The translations under genes and the position numbers were made by a program. Positions 28,376 to 43,613 of a DNA stretch of 64,000 bases are shown here, piece after piece. This stretch comes from Eledone cirrhosa. Its lineage: Eukaryota. Positions within the stretch are counted from its first letter, which is position 1, and every line of letters begins with the position of its first letter. Location: contig OZ024742.1 in NCBI GenBank assembly GCA_964016885.1, positions 227,416,001 through 227,480,000 on the forward strand, in the 5' to 3' direction. A model generated the notes under the pieces. That model was not told the DNA's origin. It saw only the letters and a list, made by a program, of their open reading frames with translations, and made no database searches.

Positions 28376-28842
28376 CGTTCTCTCTGTTTTTCTTACTTTC
28401 TTTCGCCCCCTCAGTCATGTCAGTTAACACTTTCTCTCTACTGACCTCTTCCTCACACTTCCACTCACTCACTCACTGTTTCTCCCCTTCTCACTTCACC
28501 CCGTTCGCGACGAAAACAATTTCCTTCTTTCTTACATTTGGATTCATCTCGAAAGGTCTTTTTTCTACGCGCTCATATATTCACCCAGCTTAAGCTGACA
28601 GAATAGCTATGAAGCTTGTGCCCTTCCTATCTACGGTTAGCTCTCCTATTTGTTGTTACTTGTCTCACTCGCTTTACGCGTTTTAATTGTCCTAATAACT
28701 TAATTTAGTTATTATTGCACCAACGTGAGGTATATGATTTTTAATGCAATGAAATATCTATGATCGTTGGCAAATCACTGATGAGGGACTCATTTTATAA
28801 CATGTTATCCATGTGCAACCTGCAGTATTCTTCTCCCCATTT

Positions 28843-28850
<8 letters not shown>
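28370..28850 (+). mobile_element. ~480-bp (TA)n-flanked interspersed repeat; second copy 30730-31210
   Basis: The two copies are collinear, e.g. ctcactcgctttacgcgttt...gcaatgaaatatctatgatc...atcactgatgagggactc. Confidence 0.8.
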
Positions 28851-28899
<49 letters not shown>

Positions 28900-28928
28900 T
28901 GTAATAAACAACATAAGATAATTATTTA

Positions 28929-28980
28929 ATTTACCAGTGATTTCTTGAAAGCAGATATATCTGTTTTCAGTCGTCAGAAT
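28929..28980 (-). ncRNA. Type I hammerhead ribozyme candidate
   Basis: Minus: ATT-CTGACGA-c-TGAAAACAGAT at ATCTGCTTTCA-a-GAAA-TCACTGG-TA-AAT. Long stem II, GUA site, between TA tracts. Confidence 0.65.
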
Positions 28981-29089
28981 GAATAAAACATGGTGTTTTT
29001 ATTAAATATGGATTTGAAAGCAAAATATAAGAAATATGAAAGTGAAGCTGAGGAAAAAACGGGCGAAGAAGAAGAGGAGAAAAAAGAAT

Positions 29090-29137
<48 letters not shown>

Positions 29138-29265
29138 AATGAATATATAAACATACACACACTCAACCAGGCGCATATACTTAAAAAGTACGTAGACGTC
29201 TACTTTATCACATAGCACTCTTTTTTCCTGTACCTTTCCGACGGAATTACTTCATTCACACACAC

Positions 29266-29396
<131 letters not shown>

Positions 29397-29508
29397 CTGA
29401 AACAATTGTTCTCGGTATGGCGAACTAACTGTTGTGTTGCTACTTCTGCCAATTCGTCCCATCGACTGAGTGCTCTAACACTACAGATATTATCTTCCAG
29501 TGTTCTAC

Positions 29509-29649
<141 letters not shown>

Positions 29650-30049
29650 AATAAGGGCGCTGCAGAGTTGCAAATGGGTTACATATGAAAAAAGTTTGTC
29701 CTTCATCAGTGATCTTCCAACTATCATAGGCATTTCATCGCTTTAAAGACCATATACCTCCGGTTGGTGCGAGCAACGGCTAAAAAAAAGTCGTTGGGAC
29801 ACGTAAATAAAGGGGACGCGAGGGTAAACAAACAAAATGGTGAAGCAACAGAAATTGAGGAAGAAGGAGACAAGTCCCAGATTTCTATGAATTTAAGTTC
29901 GGTGAAATCGTGAACGAGAGAATAAAGACCATCAAACCTGGTTGAAATGTGAGCAAGGAAGGAATTTCGCACAGGTCTAACGGGAGGAAGAAGGGGTCTG
30001 GTTTGCGAATTCGGTAAACATAAGTTCTGTGAAATCGTAGACGAGAGAG

Positions 30050-30141
<92 letters not shown>

Positions 30142-30400
30142 GAGATAATTATATATATATATAGATTCATTAGTTAAGCAAAACAAGACCACAAACTTCA
30201 CAAGGAAGACATTATTAAAAGATTGTCAACATATTTTAGTTTGATGTATAATGAACCCAGCTACCTAGCTGCTTTCTACTGCATATTGCACATTGAGCAC
30301 ATGCCTTTACGCTTTGGCTTCTAACTAACTCACCAATCTCTCCTCTCATATCTCCTCTACTATCTCCATCTCTCTCTTTAAGATTGGTTACTCTTGAACT

Positions 30401-30583
<183 letters not shown>

Positions 30584-30586
30584 CAT

Positions 30587-30685
<99 letters not shown>

Positions 30686-31405
30686 CATCCATATATATAT
30701 ATATATATATATTTTATACATATATTTACCACTGCGATTCTGTGTTTTTTTCTCTCTCTCTTACTGTTCCCCCATTCTCTCTGTTTCTCCCCCTCTGTCA
30801 TGTCAGTTAACTCTTCCTCACACTTTCACTCACTCACTGTTTCTCTCTCTTCTCTTCATTTCATCCTGTACACCACGAAGGCTATTTTTCTCTCTCCGCT
30901 CATGGCCTTCGTTCGTGTATTGTCTGTTCTAAAAACGCTCATATATTCACCTAGCTTATGCTAAACAGAATAATTTTTGAAGCTTGTTTCTACCCCCTAC
31001 GGTTAGCTATACTTTTTGTTGTTCTCCTGTCTCACTCGCTTTACGCGTTTCAATTGTCCTAATAACTTATTTTGGTTATTATTGCACCGAGGTGAGGTAT
31101 ATGATTTTTAATGCAATGAAATATCTATGATCTTCGGCAAATCACTGATGAGGGACTCATTTTATTACATGTTATCCATGTGCTACCTGCAGTATTTTTC
31201 TCTATATTTTATATATATATATATATGTATATAAAGAGGAAAATGTGAAGTTGTAGATTTAGTCTTTTATTCATTGAGCCGTTAAAGACTCTAACATCTA
31301 CAACATTTTCCTCTTTATAAATATACTCCGCCATCCTTATTTTAAAAAAGTAATATGACGTCACGTGCTTGAAGTGAATTGCATCCCTGTATATCGAATA
31401 TACAT

Positions 31406-31513
<108 letters not shown>

Positions 31514-31736
31514 AAAGAGTGCAGAATACCGTGGCCGGCTGTACAATAGGGTCTATTTAAAGTATTGTTTCATTAGTCCGGTGTGTCTAAAAATCGGTGA
31601 TCGCCAGAAGCTAAATCACTCGATTTTAATTACAGTTGATATCCGACAAAATCATCAGAATACTGATCTGTGTACATGGTGCAGTGCGATAACCTGTACA
31701 TGATACAGTGGATTACCTTAAACGATATCTTGTTAA

Positions 31737-31796
<60 letters not shown>

Positions 31797-32075
31797 TACT
31801 TGGGGAGGGTCATATTTGTGTAATATTGCCAGAATTAATAACAGAACACACTCACTGTTTGGTTGGTTTTCGCTTTTCGCTTCTGTGTCTTTTATATCGG
31901 TAATCTAATATACTCGGTCCTCAATGTTGCCATTGACTGGCCGACGGTCAAAAATAAGGCAGATACAATATAGACACAAACACATATATATAGTTTATCA
32001 TAAATCTTTCGTTGCACATCTGCAACATCGTCAGTGGTGCTATTGTTTCCTCCTGTTGAATTGTATGGCTACGCC

Positions 32076-32133
<58 letters not shown>

Positions 32134-32424
32134 CTCTGATCGATCGACAAGATCCCAGACCTCATTTGCTTGCCCAATGTTTCCATTGGTCTTTCCATTG
32201 CTGATACTATCTACCTACCAGTCGCAATTCCTGACAAAAGTAGCAACGTGAAATAAAGTCTGTTGCTCAAGGACACAACGCATCACCGGGTCCGAGAATT
32301 GAACTGGCAACCTCACGATTGCGAATCCAACTCTCTAACTGAGTTGAAGCACAAGTGTATTAGAATTGATAGAATGAGAAAACTCAACGCAAGAATAGCT
32401 GTGGTGGTTTTTTTTGACGGCGAC

Positions 32425-32458
<34 letters not shown>

Positions 32459-33134
32459 GCCGAAAAATTCTCCAAGAAGAAGATTTATCAACAACACTGC
32501 TAACTAAACAATGGACTTGGTAGTCATTGCTTTCCTGACATTCTGCCAATTCAGTCGATCTTAAGATTTTAATCTGAACTTTCTAATTGTTTCCCGTGAC
32601 AATTATGTAATTTCTTCGTTGAAATTTGGTTGAAGACCGTCTCAGAGGAAGAATCGTCTAATTTTGGATATTATCGATCTGTTGTTCATATCTTTGTCTG
32701 GAAATATTTTGGTTCAGTTTAGTAAAAGTGGCCATCACTAAAATAGATATGGCTGCTAATATTGGCAAAGTTATGAGACTAAAACGAGATCACGTTTTTT
32801 TAGATTTATATCCGGTTTATTTACACACTTCACTACTTCACTGATTGTGCGATATTCACACATACCGTCTCTGTTCTTATGAACTATTATATGTTGGTAT
32901 ATACTAGCAGGTCTTAGTGTTGTACTTAAGAAGGGTCTATCATGTCCTTTACATCCACCACCACTATCTCTTTCTCGGCTTCATCGCTAACCTATCACGT
33001 ATCATAAGAGAGAATAGTGTTGTTCATATGAATTATTAAGAGATATTGTGGGTGAAATAATTGTTTTGGGGAAAGCCAAGTACACCGTAAGCGCTGGAAA
33101 GAATGGAATGAAAACACAAGCAAAATACTGGACC

Positions 33135-33570
33135 TCAGTCGATCACGACGACGAGTATTTCAGTTGTTTGATCAACGGAACAACCTGCTCGTGAAATTAA
33201 CGTGCAAGTGGCTGAGAATTCCATAGAAACGTGTACCCTTAATGTAATTTTCAGAGACATTCAGCGTCTCACACTGTGTGACAACGTTGGCCGTTTTCCT
33301 GTTGTTAGAACAACGGAACTTTCAACTCCTGAAATTAACGTGCAGGCGTCCGACCTTCCACAGATACGTGTATTCTTGACGTAATTCTCAATGAGATTCC
33401 GCGAGACGCAGTGTGTGAATTACAGATGCAACTTATTTTTTGCTAGCTCAGTGATCTGGAAAAATGTGAAATAAAGTATCTTGCTCAAACATACAGCGCG
33501 CCGCCGGGAATCGAACTCGCGTCCGCAAGGTCGTGAGTTGAAGACCCTAATCACAAAGCCAGGTGCCTTC
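33135..33570 (-). mobile_element. tRNA-derived SINE (second family)
   Basis: Minus 5' head with B-box-like gagttcgattccc, plus the body shared with the 15.2-15.6 kb and 48.0-48.3 kb copies. Confidence 0.75.
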
Positions 33571-35955
33571 ACAAATGAGTGAGCACGCAAGTACATTTTT
33601 GCCTTATGTATCAATGTGGATGCAGCATGGCTGAATTACGCTAAAGGTACACTCTTCTGCGGAATGCTCAGTCACTTACATGTTCATTTCATGAGTAGGC
33701 TATTACATTGAGCCAACAACTGGAACATCTGTCGTCGAAACTGACGGAGGTGTATTCTATGTTTCAATATCTTGAGCTTAAAACAGTTTTTTTGTTTGTT
33801 TTTTAAGACAAAATGGAGAATTGTGACCACTTGGTTTTTTGCACAGATCTAAAAGAGACCAGCTCGTCCAAAACAAGCCAGCTGTTGAAAAACCTGTCAT
33901 AACGCCGAAATATTTTTGAAAAATAAGATAAAAGTGTTCAACAGAAATCAAAGATGTAAGAATTTTTAAAGAGGTTGAGATTTATTTCAAAGAAAATAAC
34001 ATTTAATTCAGAAGTAATCTTGTGGTGGCTCTGATGTGTCTATCGTATGATAGCGTTGTGTCTATATGGTTGATAATGTGATGGTGTTGGGTCTATGATA
34101 GGATAGTGTTGTGTATATGGTAAAGTAGTGTTATGTCTATGTGGCAGACACTCCATTGTGTTCTTATTGTGTCTATGTGGCTGGCAGACAGAGGAGATTT
34201 GTTGCTTTCTAAAGTGTCTTTGTATATACTGTGTGGTCTTCCTTCAACGTTATTTGGTTTTAAATCAATTGAGAAACGTCTGCAAGATGTCGTTGCCATT
34301 GTGAGATAAAAGCTGTCAACCTTATCAAATCAAATGCACTTCAAGATCATCTTTTATCGAGAACTTTCTAAGAAAAACTAGGAAAACTTTAAACGTCTAG
34401 TGATGCATACAGAGATGCAATGGCTATGAAAGGGTTAATTGTCTTCGTCACTTTGTTATATTTTGTGAGAGTATTGTGCCATTTGTGAACAGTAAGCAGC
34501 TTGGTGAACAGTTGCTTACTGAGAGGTATATAGTTTTACCTCTCAGATATATTTGAAAAGTTTAATTTAATTTTTTGAACAAAACATTACAAAGAGAAAA
34601 TTGTAATTTTATATCTTGCAATAAAGCTGTTACTGCTTTCATTGGAAAACTGAGACGATTCAGAGAGGATGCAGCGTGGCCGAATTGTTGAGATGTTTGT
34701 TTCACAACCATTAGATCCTGGGTTCGATTCCACCACGTGACATCTTGGGCCAGTGTCAATTACCATAGCCTCGGGTCGACCCATGCCTTGTGAGTGAAAT
34801 TGGGTAGACGGAAACTGTTTGGAAACTGTCAGTTGAACTGTATCTGCAATTTAAAAGATCAGCCTCGCCACAAGCTGAATCATCCGAAGAATTACGTTTA
34901 AGGTACAAATATTTGCGGAATACTCAGCCATTTACACGTTAATTTCACGAATATGCTGTTCTGATGATAGGACAAATGAAACACTCATCGATAAAACGAT
35001 GGAAGTCCATTCTAGAGTCATTCAGAGTCATGGTGTTGTTTGTTGGTAAATCTTCCGACTACAGCTATCACTGACATGAAACTGTGTGAACTGAACATTT
35101 GTAGCATTTGTACAGTATTATTTGTATGCCGAAGGGCGATGGTGGATTAGTGCGACGCACAAAATACTTTGCGGTATTTAGTCACGATCCTTTACGTTAT
35201 GAGTTCAAATCCGGCCGAGTCCAACTTTGTTTTCATCCTTCCAATGTGGATAAAGTAAAGTATCTGTCAAATACTGAAATCGATTTAATCGATTTCCCCT
35301 ACCACCACCAAAATTGTTGACATTGTGCCTAAATTAGAAATCATTACTTGTATGTCGAGTGTTTGACCAATAAGTACAGTGACTTACTAAAGGTGAGTAC
35401 GGTGGCGTGCTAAAGGTGAAAGTTTGAACAATAAATGCAGTGCCTTGCTAAAGGTAAATGTTTGGACAATATGTACAGTGATGTGACACTTGTGTTCAGT
35501 GACCTTCTGTAGGTGAACATTACCTGTTAAATGGTGGATCCATCTGATGTAAATGTGACTGATGTTGATATTAAATTTACAGCAGAGTCTGACAAAGAGG
35601 TATAGAGTAGTGAAACACGTGAAGCTAGATTAAAACATTTATTGGGGAGAAAAAAAGAAATTTATAGGAGGTTTCCGCTGGTGTGGGATAAAGCAAGAAT
35701 ATGTTATTGCTGTTTCTACTTCTTATCTTGTTGGCCAGGTCAGATAAAGGTATACGATGGTTAGGTCAGATCGAGCCAGACTAGGTCAAGTTCTACCATA
35801 TCAAAATAGAACACGAACAAGAGGTAACCATTTGCCCTGCCCTGTCTCGGAACGTGACAAGTCGACCAACCCATGGCAGTATGCAAAACGGACGTAAAAC
35901 GGTCATGATGATGATACACTCACATAGACAGAGGGACAGGCAGACGCGCGCAGAC

Positions 35956-36308
<353 letters not shown>

Positions 36309-36482
36309 AAACATCACGGACGCTCTATCTCAAAATTATTTTTGAAAAGCATTAGAAATGCGCAACCGGTAAAACTTAAAACCAAAACTGAATACTAACC
36401 AATACTATTACTAATTCTCACTTATTCCTAATTAAACTATTTTTCACTGTGAACAATTTGTCAGCATTTTCTTTTCCGTTTA

Positions 36483-36566
<84 letters not shown>

Positions 36567-36683
36567 TATATAATAGGTGAATGATGGGTTTAGCCGGAAT
36601 TTTATTATGCAATTCAGCCTAACTCATAAATAACACGAAAGCGAGTATAACCATGGAAACAAATGTAGGAAACTTCATTTCTG

Positions 36684-36729
<46 letters not shown>

Positions 36730-36766
36730 ATAATACATGTGAAGACTAAAATCCAAAGAGGGCTCG

Positions 36767-36803
<37 letters not shown>

Positions 36804-36976
36804 AGTGTGTATCTATGTATGCATATGTGTGAGTGTGTACGCATATATATATTTGTATGTACTCATGTATCTATGTGTGAGTGAAACGTATGTGTATGCA
36901 GCGTATGAGTGTGTGTGTGTGAGTGTGTGTGCGTATCTGTGTGTATGTGTGTGTGCCTATATGTGTGTGTGCGCGC

Positions 36977-37033
<57 letters not shown>

Positions 37034-37189
37034 GCGGTAGCACATGATTGTGTGTTCGTGTGTTCGATTCATTGATCCTGATGATTGGGTATTGAACTGA
37101 CACATGTGTCGAATGGAAAGTATAAACAGATTCGATTTGTTGTGTGGGGTTGAGTTACATCTTGTGATAGATCGATATATCGATAGATC

Positions 37190-37264
<75 letters not shown>

Positions 37265-37276
37265 GGATGGATAGGT

Positions 37277-37337
<61 letters not shown>

Positions 37338-37573
37338 TGTTAGAAATTTAAGAAGAGAGAAACAAGAAGGAAGAAATGAGAAAATGAATCACGAGATGAA
37401 GGAAGAGTAGAATTAGGTTAAATATTTGTAAATGTGTAATATGTCATTGGAAGTTGAAGGGTGAGGGGTCTCGTGTCAGGGTCAGAGGTAAAGCATAGGT
37501 GTTTAGGTATTTAGAAGGCTCAACATGTTGTACACCATATGTTGGCTGTCGTTGTTGGTGTTTAGCTGTACGT

Positions 37574-38232
37574 CAGACCTATGGTTAAATATATTCCAGC
37601 CGTGACTATCACGTCCATTCTTGTTTAACCCTTGGTCAGACATATGGTTAAATATATTCCAGCCGTGACTATCACGTCCATTCTTGTTTAACCCTTGGTC
37701 AGACATATGGTTTAAGATGTTCCAGCCGTGACTATCACGTCCATTCTTGTTTAACCCTTGGTCAGACCTATGGTTTAAGATGTTCCAGCCGTGACTATCA
37801 CGTCCATTCTTGTTTAACCCTTGTCAGACCTATGGTTAAAGATGTTCCAGCCGTGACTATCACGTCCATTCTTGTTTAACCCTTGGTCAGACCTATGGTT
37901 TAAGATGTTCCAGCCGTGACTATCACGTCCATTCTTGTTTAACCCTTGGTCAGACCTATGGTTTAAGATGTTCCAGCCGTGACTATCACGTCCATTCTTG
38001 TTTAACCCTTGTCAGACCTATGGTTAAAGATGTTCCAGCCGTGACTATCACGTCCATTCTTATTTAACCCTTGGTCAGACCTATGGTTTAAGATGTTCCA
38101 GCCGTGACTATCACGTCCATTCTTGTTTAACCCTTGGTCAGACCTATGGTTTAAGATGTTCCAGCCGTGACTATCACGTCCATTCTTGTTTAACCCTTGT
38201 CAGACCTATGGTTAAAGATGTTCCAGTCGTGA
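37574..38232. repeat. 63-bp minisatellite, ~10.5 copies, with 188-bp trimeric higher-order period
   Basis: Unit cagacctatggtttaagatgttccagccgtgactatcacgtccattcttgtttaacccttggt. A 62-bp variant recurs near 37823, 38011 and 38199. Confidence 0.95.
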
Positions 38233-38960
38233 CAATACCATGTGTTGTTGTTTAAACCTAGATCAGACCTACCTATGATCAAAGGTACTCCAGTCGTGAC
38301 CATCACATGTGTTGCTCTTGTTTAGGCCCAAGTTAGTCCTGATTCAGAAGACCTATAATCAAAGATATTTCAGCCATGGCCAACACGTCTGCAGCTCCAG
38401 ATCAGTCCTTATCTAGTAGATCTATGGCCAATGGAGTTACAGCCGTGACCAGAGCCAATGAAAGGGGGTCCAAGTACTTTGTTCCGGGAGCCCAAAAGCT
38501 AAGAAGGCCCCACAGCAACCATGCAATGTCCATTTTGAGAAAAACCTTTGCCTGGTTCGGGACCCAAAAGGGTCTTGTACCGCCTTGCAAAATTTCTCTT
38601 GGAGGCCCTAGCCATGACTATCATGTCAGCTGTGGTTATTTAGCCGCAGGTCAATCTTGACACAGTAGATCTATGATCAAAGACCGTCCAACCGTGCCCA
38701 TCCCGTTTTTCGTGTTGTTGTTGTTGTTGTTGTTGTTTAGCCCCATGTCAGTCTTCATCCAGCAGAACTCTGATTATAATCATATTAATAATTGATTAAT
38801 AAATATTAAAGACACTCCACTATATATCCACTATATACACTTATATATACCCTACTATACATACCCCATCACTCTACCCCCACCATACCCCCAGTATACA
38901 CCTATATATACACTAATATACATACATCTCTACTATACAATTATATAGATCCATACATCA

Positions 38961-39039
<79 letters not shown>

Positions 39040-39043
<4 letters not shown>

Positions 39044-39339
39044 TTAAAAGAATAGAGGTGTAACATAAAAGTTATGATATATTGGTAAACGGAATAGAAA
39101 ATGCTGACAAATTGTTCACAGTGAAAAATAGTTTAATTAGGATAAGTGATAATTAGTAATAGTACCGGTTGCGCATTTCTAATGCTTTTGATCAGAGCAA
39201 ACATCACGGACGCTCTATCTCAAAATTATTTTTGAAAAGCATTAGAAATGCGCAACCGGTACTATTACTAATTATCACTTATTCCTAATTAAACTATTTT
39301 TCACTGTGAACAATTTGTCAGCATTTTCTATTCCGTTTA

Positions 39340-39349
<10 letters not shown>
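39040..39349. repeat. Fold-back element between TA tracts, ~113-bp arms
   Basis: 39077-39189 pairs with 39235-39349. A single-arm copy lies at 36304-36490. Confidence 0.9.
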
Positions 39350-39420
<71 letters not shown>

Positions 39421-39710
39421 ATAATAATAAATGTGAAGACTTTGCTTAAACTTTAATCTGTTATTTTAATAAATATATATATATATATATATATATAAGT
39501 ATGTATACGTACATACATATATGTATACAGACGTACAGTAGTATGTATATACATACATACATACACACATATATATATATATATGTACGTATGGGTTTAC
39601 CGAACATTTATTATAATGCTCGGTTTTTTTTGTAAACAAACAGCCCGAAATTATTAGCCGTACAGTGTTCGGCAACCATCGTTGCCCTTTTGTTCAACAC
39701 TGACAAAGGA

Positions 39711-39753
39711 ACGATGAACTAGTTTCAAGCTTATTAGCTGTCATCAGCACCGT
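39711..39753 (-). ncRNA. Complete minimal type I hammerhead ribozyme (family E)
   Basis: Minus: ACGGTG-CTGATGA-c-AGCT aata AGCT-t-GAAA-CTAG-TT-CATCGT. Stem III is the palindrome ACTAGT. Confidence 0.85.
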
Positions 39754-39995
39754 ATACCTTCCTGTCAGTCGATTGAACGTTTGAAAGTATATATTTTCCT
39801 TATGCATATTAACGGCTGAGCAGCCTAATTTGCATATCGAGTGAGTTAGTCGGCCGGGTGTACCGAAAACGATAAATGAAAAAATGAAATTTCATTTCTC
39901 ACTCTTAGTACGGCTGATACTTAAATATAAGTATGTATACGTACATACATATATGTATACAGACGTACAGTAGTATGTATATACATACATACATG

Positions 39996-40036
<41 letters not shown>

Positions 40037-40401
40037 GTATGGGTTTACCGAACATTTATTATAATGCTCAGATTGTTTGTATAATTTCGGGCTGTTTGTT
40101 TACAAACAAATCGAGCATTATAATAAATGTTCGGTAAACTCATACGTACATATATATATATGTGTGCATGTATGTATGTATATACATACTACTGTACGTC
40201 TGTATGCGTATATGTATGTACGTATACATACTTATATTTAAGTAACAGCCGTACTAAGAGTGTGAAATGAAATTTCATTTTTTCCATTTATCGTTTTCCG
40301 GCCGACTAACTCACTCGATATGCAAATTAGGCTGCTCAGCCGTTAATATGCATAAGGAAAGTATATTCTTTCAAACGTTCAATCGACTGACAGGAAGGTA
40401 T

Positions 40402-40444
40402 ACGGTGCTGATGACAGCTAATAAGCTAGAAACGAATTCAACGT
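40402..40444 (+). ncRNA. Hammerhead ribozyme (family E), stem III mutated
   Basis: ACGGTG-CTGATGA-cAGCT aata AGCTa-GAAA-CGAA-TT-CAACGT. Confidence 0.65.
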
Positions 40445-40745
40445 TACTTTGTCAGTGTTGAACAAAAGGGAAACGATGGTTGCCGAACACTGTACGGCTT
40501 AATTCGTGCTGTTTGTTTACAAACAAACCGAACATTATAATAAATGTTCGGTAAACCCATACATACATATATATGTGTGTGCATGTATGTATATATATAC
40601 ATACTACTGTACGTCTGTATACATATATGTATGTACGTATACATACTTACATTTAAGTATCAGTCGTACTAAGAGTGAGAAATGAAATTTCATTGTTTCC
40701 ATTTATATATATATATACACACACTACTATATATAGATCACCTAG

Positions 40746-40814
<69 letters not shown>

Positions 40815-41538
40815 TGTGTATACCCACTATACATACATCACGATACAGTAATATACACCCAGGACACTTATATCGGCCGAAATTGCTGGAAAATGGAGAA
40901 AATACAATCAGGTTCACGTGTACTATTAATGTACTGACACAACATCGCGTGGGTGTGTGTGTGCGTGTGTGTTTATGCTTGGTAGTGTATGTGTGTATAT
41001 ATGTATTTATATATATGCATGTGAGTGAGTGTGTATGTTTATATGTATATATGTGTATATGTAAGTATATGTATGGTTTTTTGTGTGTTTGTGTTTGTAT
41101 AAATATAAATGTGCTTCTATATGTGTATATATATTTCTGTATGTGTATGTATATGTGTATGTATATGTATGTATGTGTATGCGTATTTATATATGAGAGT
41201 ATGTGTGTGTGTGTGTGTGCGTGCGTACGGTTGTACGTGTGTGTGTCCGTCTAGAATCAGTCATGTTCCAGTTTGATTTACGTGCGTGTGTATGAGTGTG
41301 TGTGTTTGAGTGTGTGTGTGAGTGTGTGTGAAAGTGTGTGTACGTGTGTGTGTGTGTGTGTGTGTGTTTCTACAATCAGTCCATTTTCAGCTTGCCTCAC
41401 TAAAATGGCCGCTGTTATGCTCCAGTGCACACTTCACCGAATTTCACGTTGTTTAACTCGAGTTGCCTATCTTAGCCAAATCTCATAACATCACTGATAC
41501 ACACCCATATATACATACATACATGCATACATACATAG

Positions 41539-42195
<657 letters not shown>

Positions 42196-42196
<1 letters not shown>

Positions 42197-43030
42197 CTAG
42201 CCGAATTACCCGCGCCTTGCTGCGTGTCACACATTTTTTTTTTTTTGTAAGAAAATGGTGATTGATTTTAAATCAGTGATATAATTTATGGAGAAAAACT
42301 CTGCATTTCAATATTACTCAATGTAAAATGTAATGCATGAAAAATTGGAAAACATCGGTAGAGGGTCGGATGCCATGCTTTGACGTATAGAGTTACGGCC
42401 CTTGCCATTCTGAGTTCAAATCCCGCCGAGGTTAACTTTGCCTTTCATCCTTACGGCGTCGATAAAATAAAGTACCAGTAATGCACTGGATAATTGCTGG
42501 CCTTGTGCCAAACGTAAAAACAATTATTTTTTGTAATATATCAAATCAAAATTACATTATTAAATCTTATTCTTAATTTGTTTCTTGTAAATTTTTTTTT
42601 TCAAAATATCAATTCAAAACTTTTGTGAATAGACATCATATTTTATCATTTACCTGTGGTTTAAATTTCATATAAATCGAAGGGAAAAGGTTTTCAGCGG
42701 ATGTTGTAACCCCGGGGAACCCTAATAGGGGGTTTATCCCCCATTAGGTTGTCTTAATATTATTGAAATTTGCTGAAATTTTGTGAATAGGCATTATATC
42801 TTGTCATTTACCTATGGTTTAAATTATATAAATCGAAGGGAAACATTTTTCAGCGGGGGTTTGTGCCCCGGGAACCCTTTGATTAAAATGAAATATACTT
42901 ATCCAAGTACCCTGTAGTTTCAGAATATATATGGTTCTGGGGGTCTATCTCGAAAACTATAGGAGGAGTTCGTGAACAAACAAACAAACAAACAGACAGG
43001 AACTACAACTTTATATATATAGATATAGAT
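42196..43030 (-). mobile_element. Non-autonomous Helitron with nested SINE (42353-42527)
   Basis: Minus 5' end TCTATATCTATATATATAAAGTTGTAG..(TGTT)n. 3' end has a GC-rich hairpin (cgcagcaaggcgcgggt) followed by CTAGT. Confidence 0.8.
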
Positions 43031-43563
43031 ATAATTCTAATAGGGACCAGGATGTGCAGTCAACACTCAAGTCCGTCAACGGTGATGCAGATAAAATGAA
43101 GCGTTCAACGATAAGTATAAATGGTACAAGGCGGATCATTGAGGAGTATTAAATACAGCGAATGCCATATGCAGTTGTGTGTAAGTTTATTCGTAGATCC
43201 ATGATATATATTTTGCTGGGGTCGATGACTAGTGCTCTTCCTACCCATGGTCCGAGCTCGTCAGATGGTATAAACATCGAATTTTTTATGATACGAGAGC
43301 CAAGAGATTGGGTAGGAAGAGCACTAACTTGCCGTCGATCCCCAGCGAAATATATATCATGGGTATAGAAATAAACTTAAACACAACACAACTACACATG
43401 GCCTTCCCTGTATTTATATATTCTATATAGATAGACAGATGGATAGATAAGGATTTTACCAGTTTTAACTAGTAAGACCATTATTCAGCAGACTACTCGA
43501 TACTTGTGATAGTAGAATGTAAATATATTAGAGAGTCGGGGCTGAGCTCTTATCGTTTCGACA

Positions 43564-43613
<50 letters not shown>

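Larger units (their letters stand above)
39480..40705. mobile_element. Head-to-head pair of partial-tandem ~430-bp units carrying hammerheads (family E; retrozyme/PLE pLTR-like)
   Basis: 39480-40080 (minus) and 40085-40705 (plus) are inverted. Each contains a terminal direct repeat (39495-39620 = 39927-40070; 40090-40290 = 40508-40705). Confidence 0.85.
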
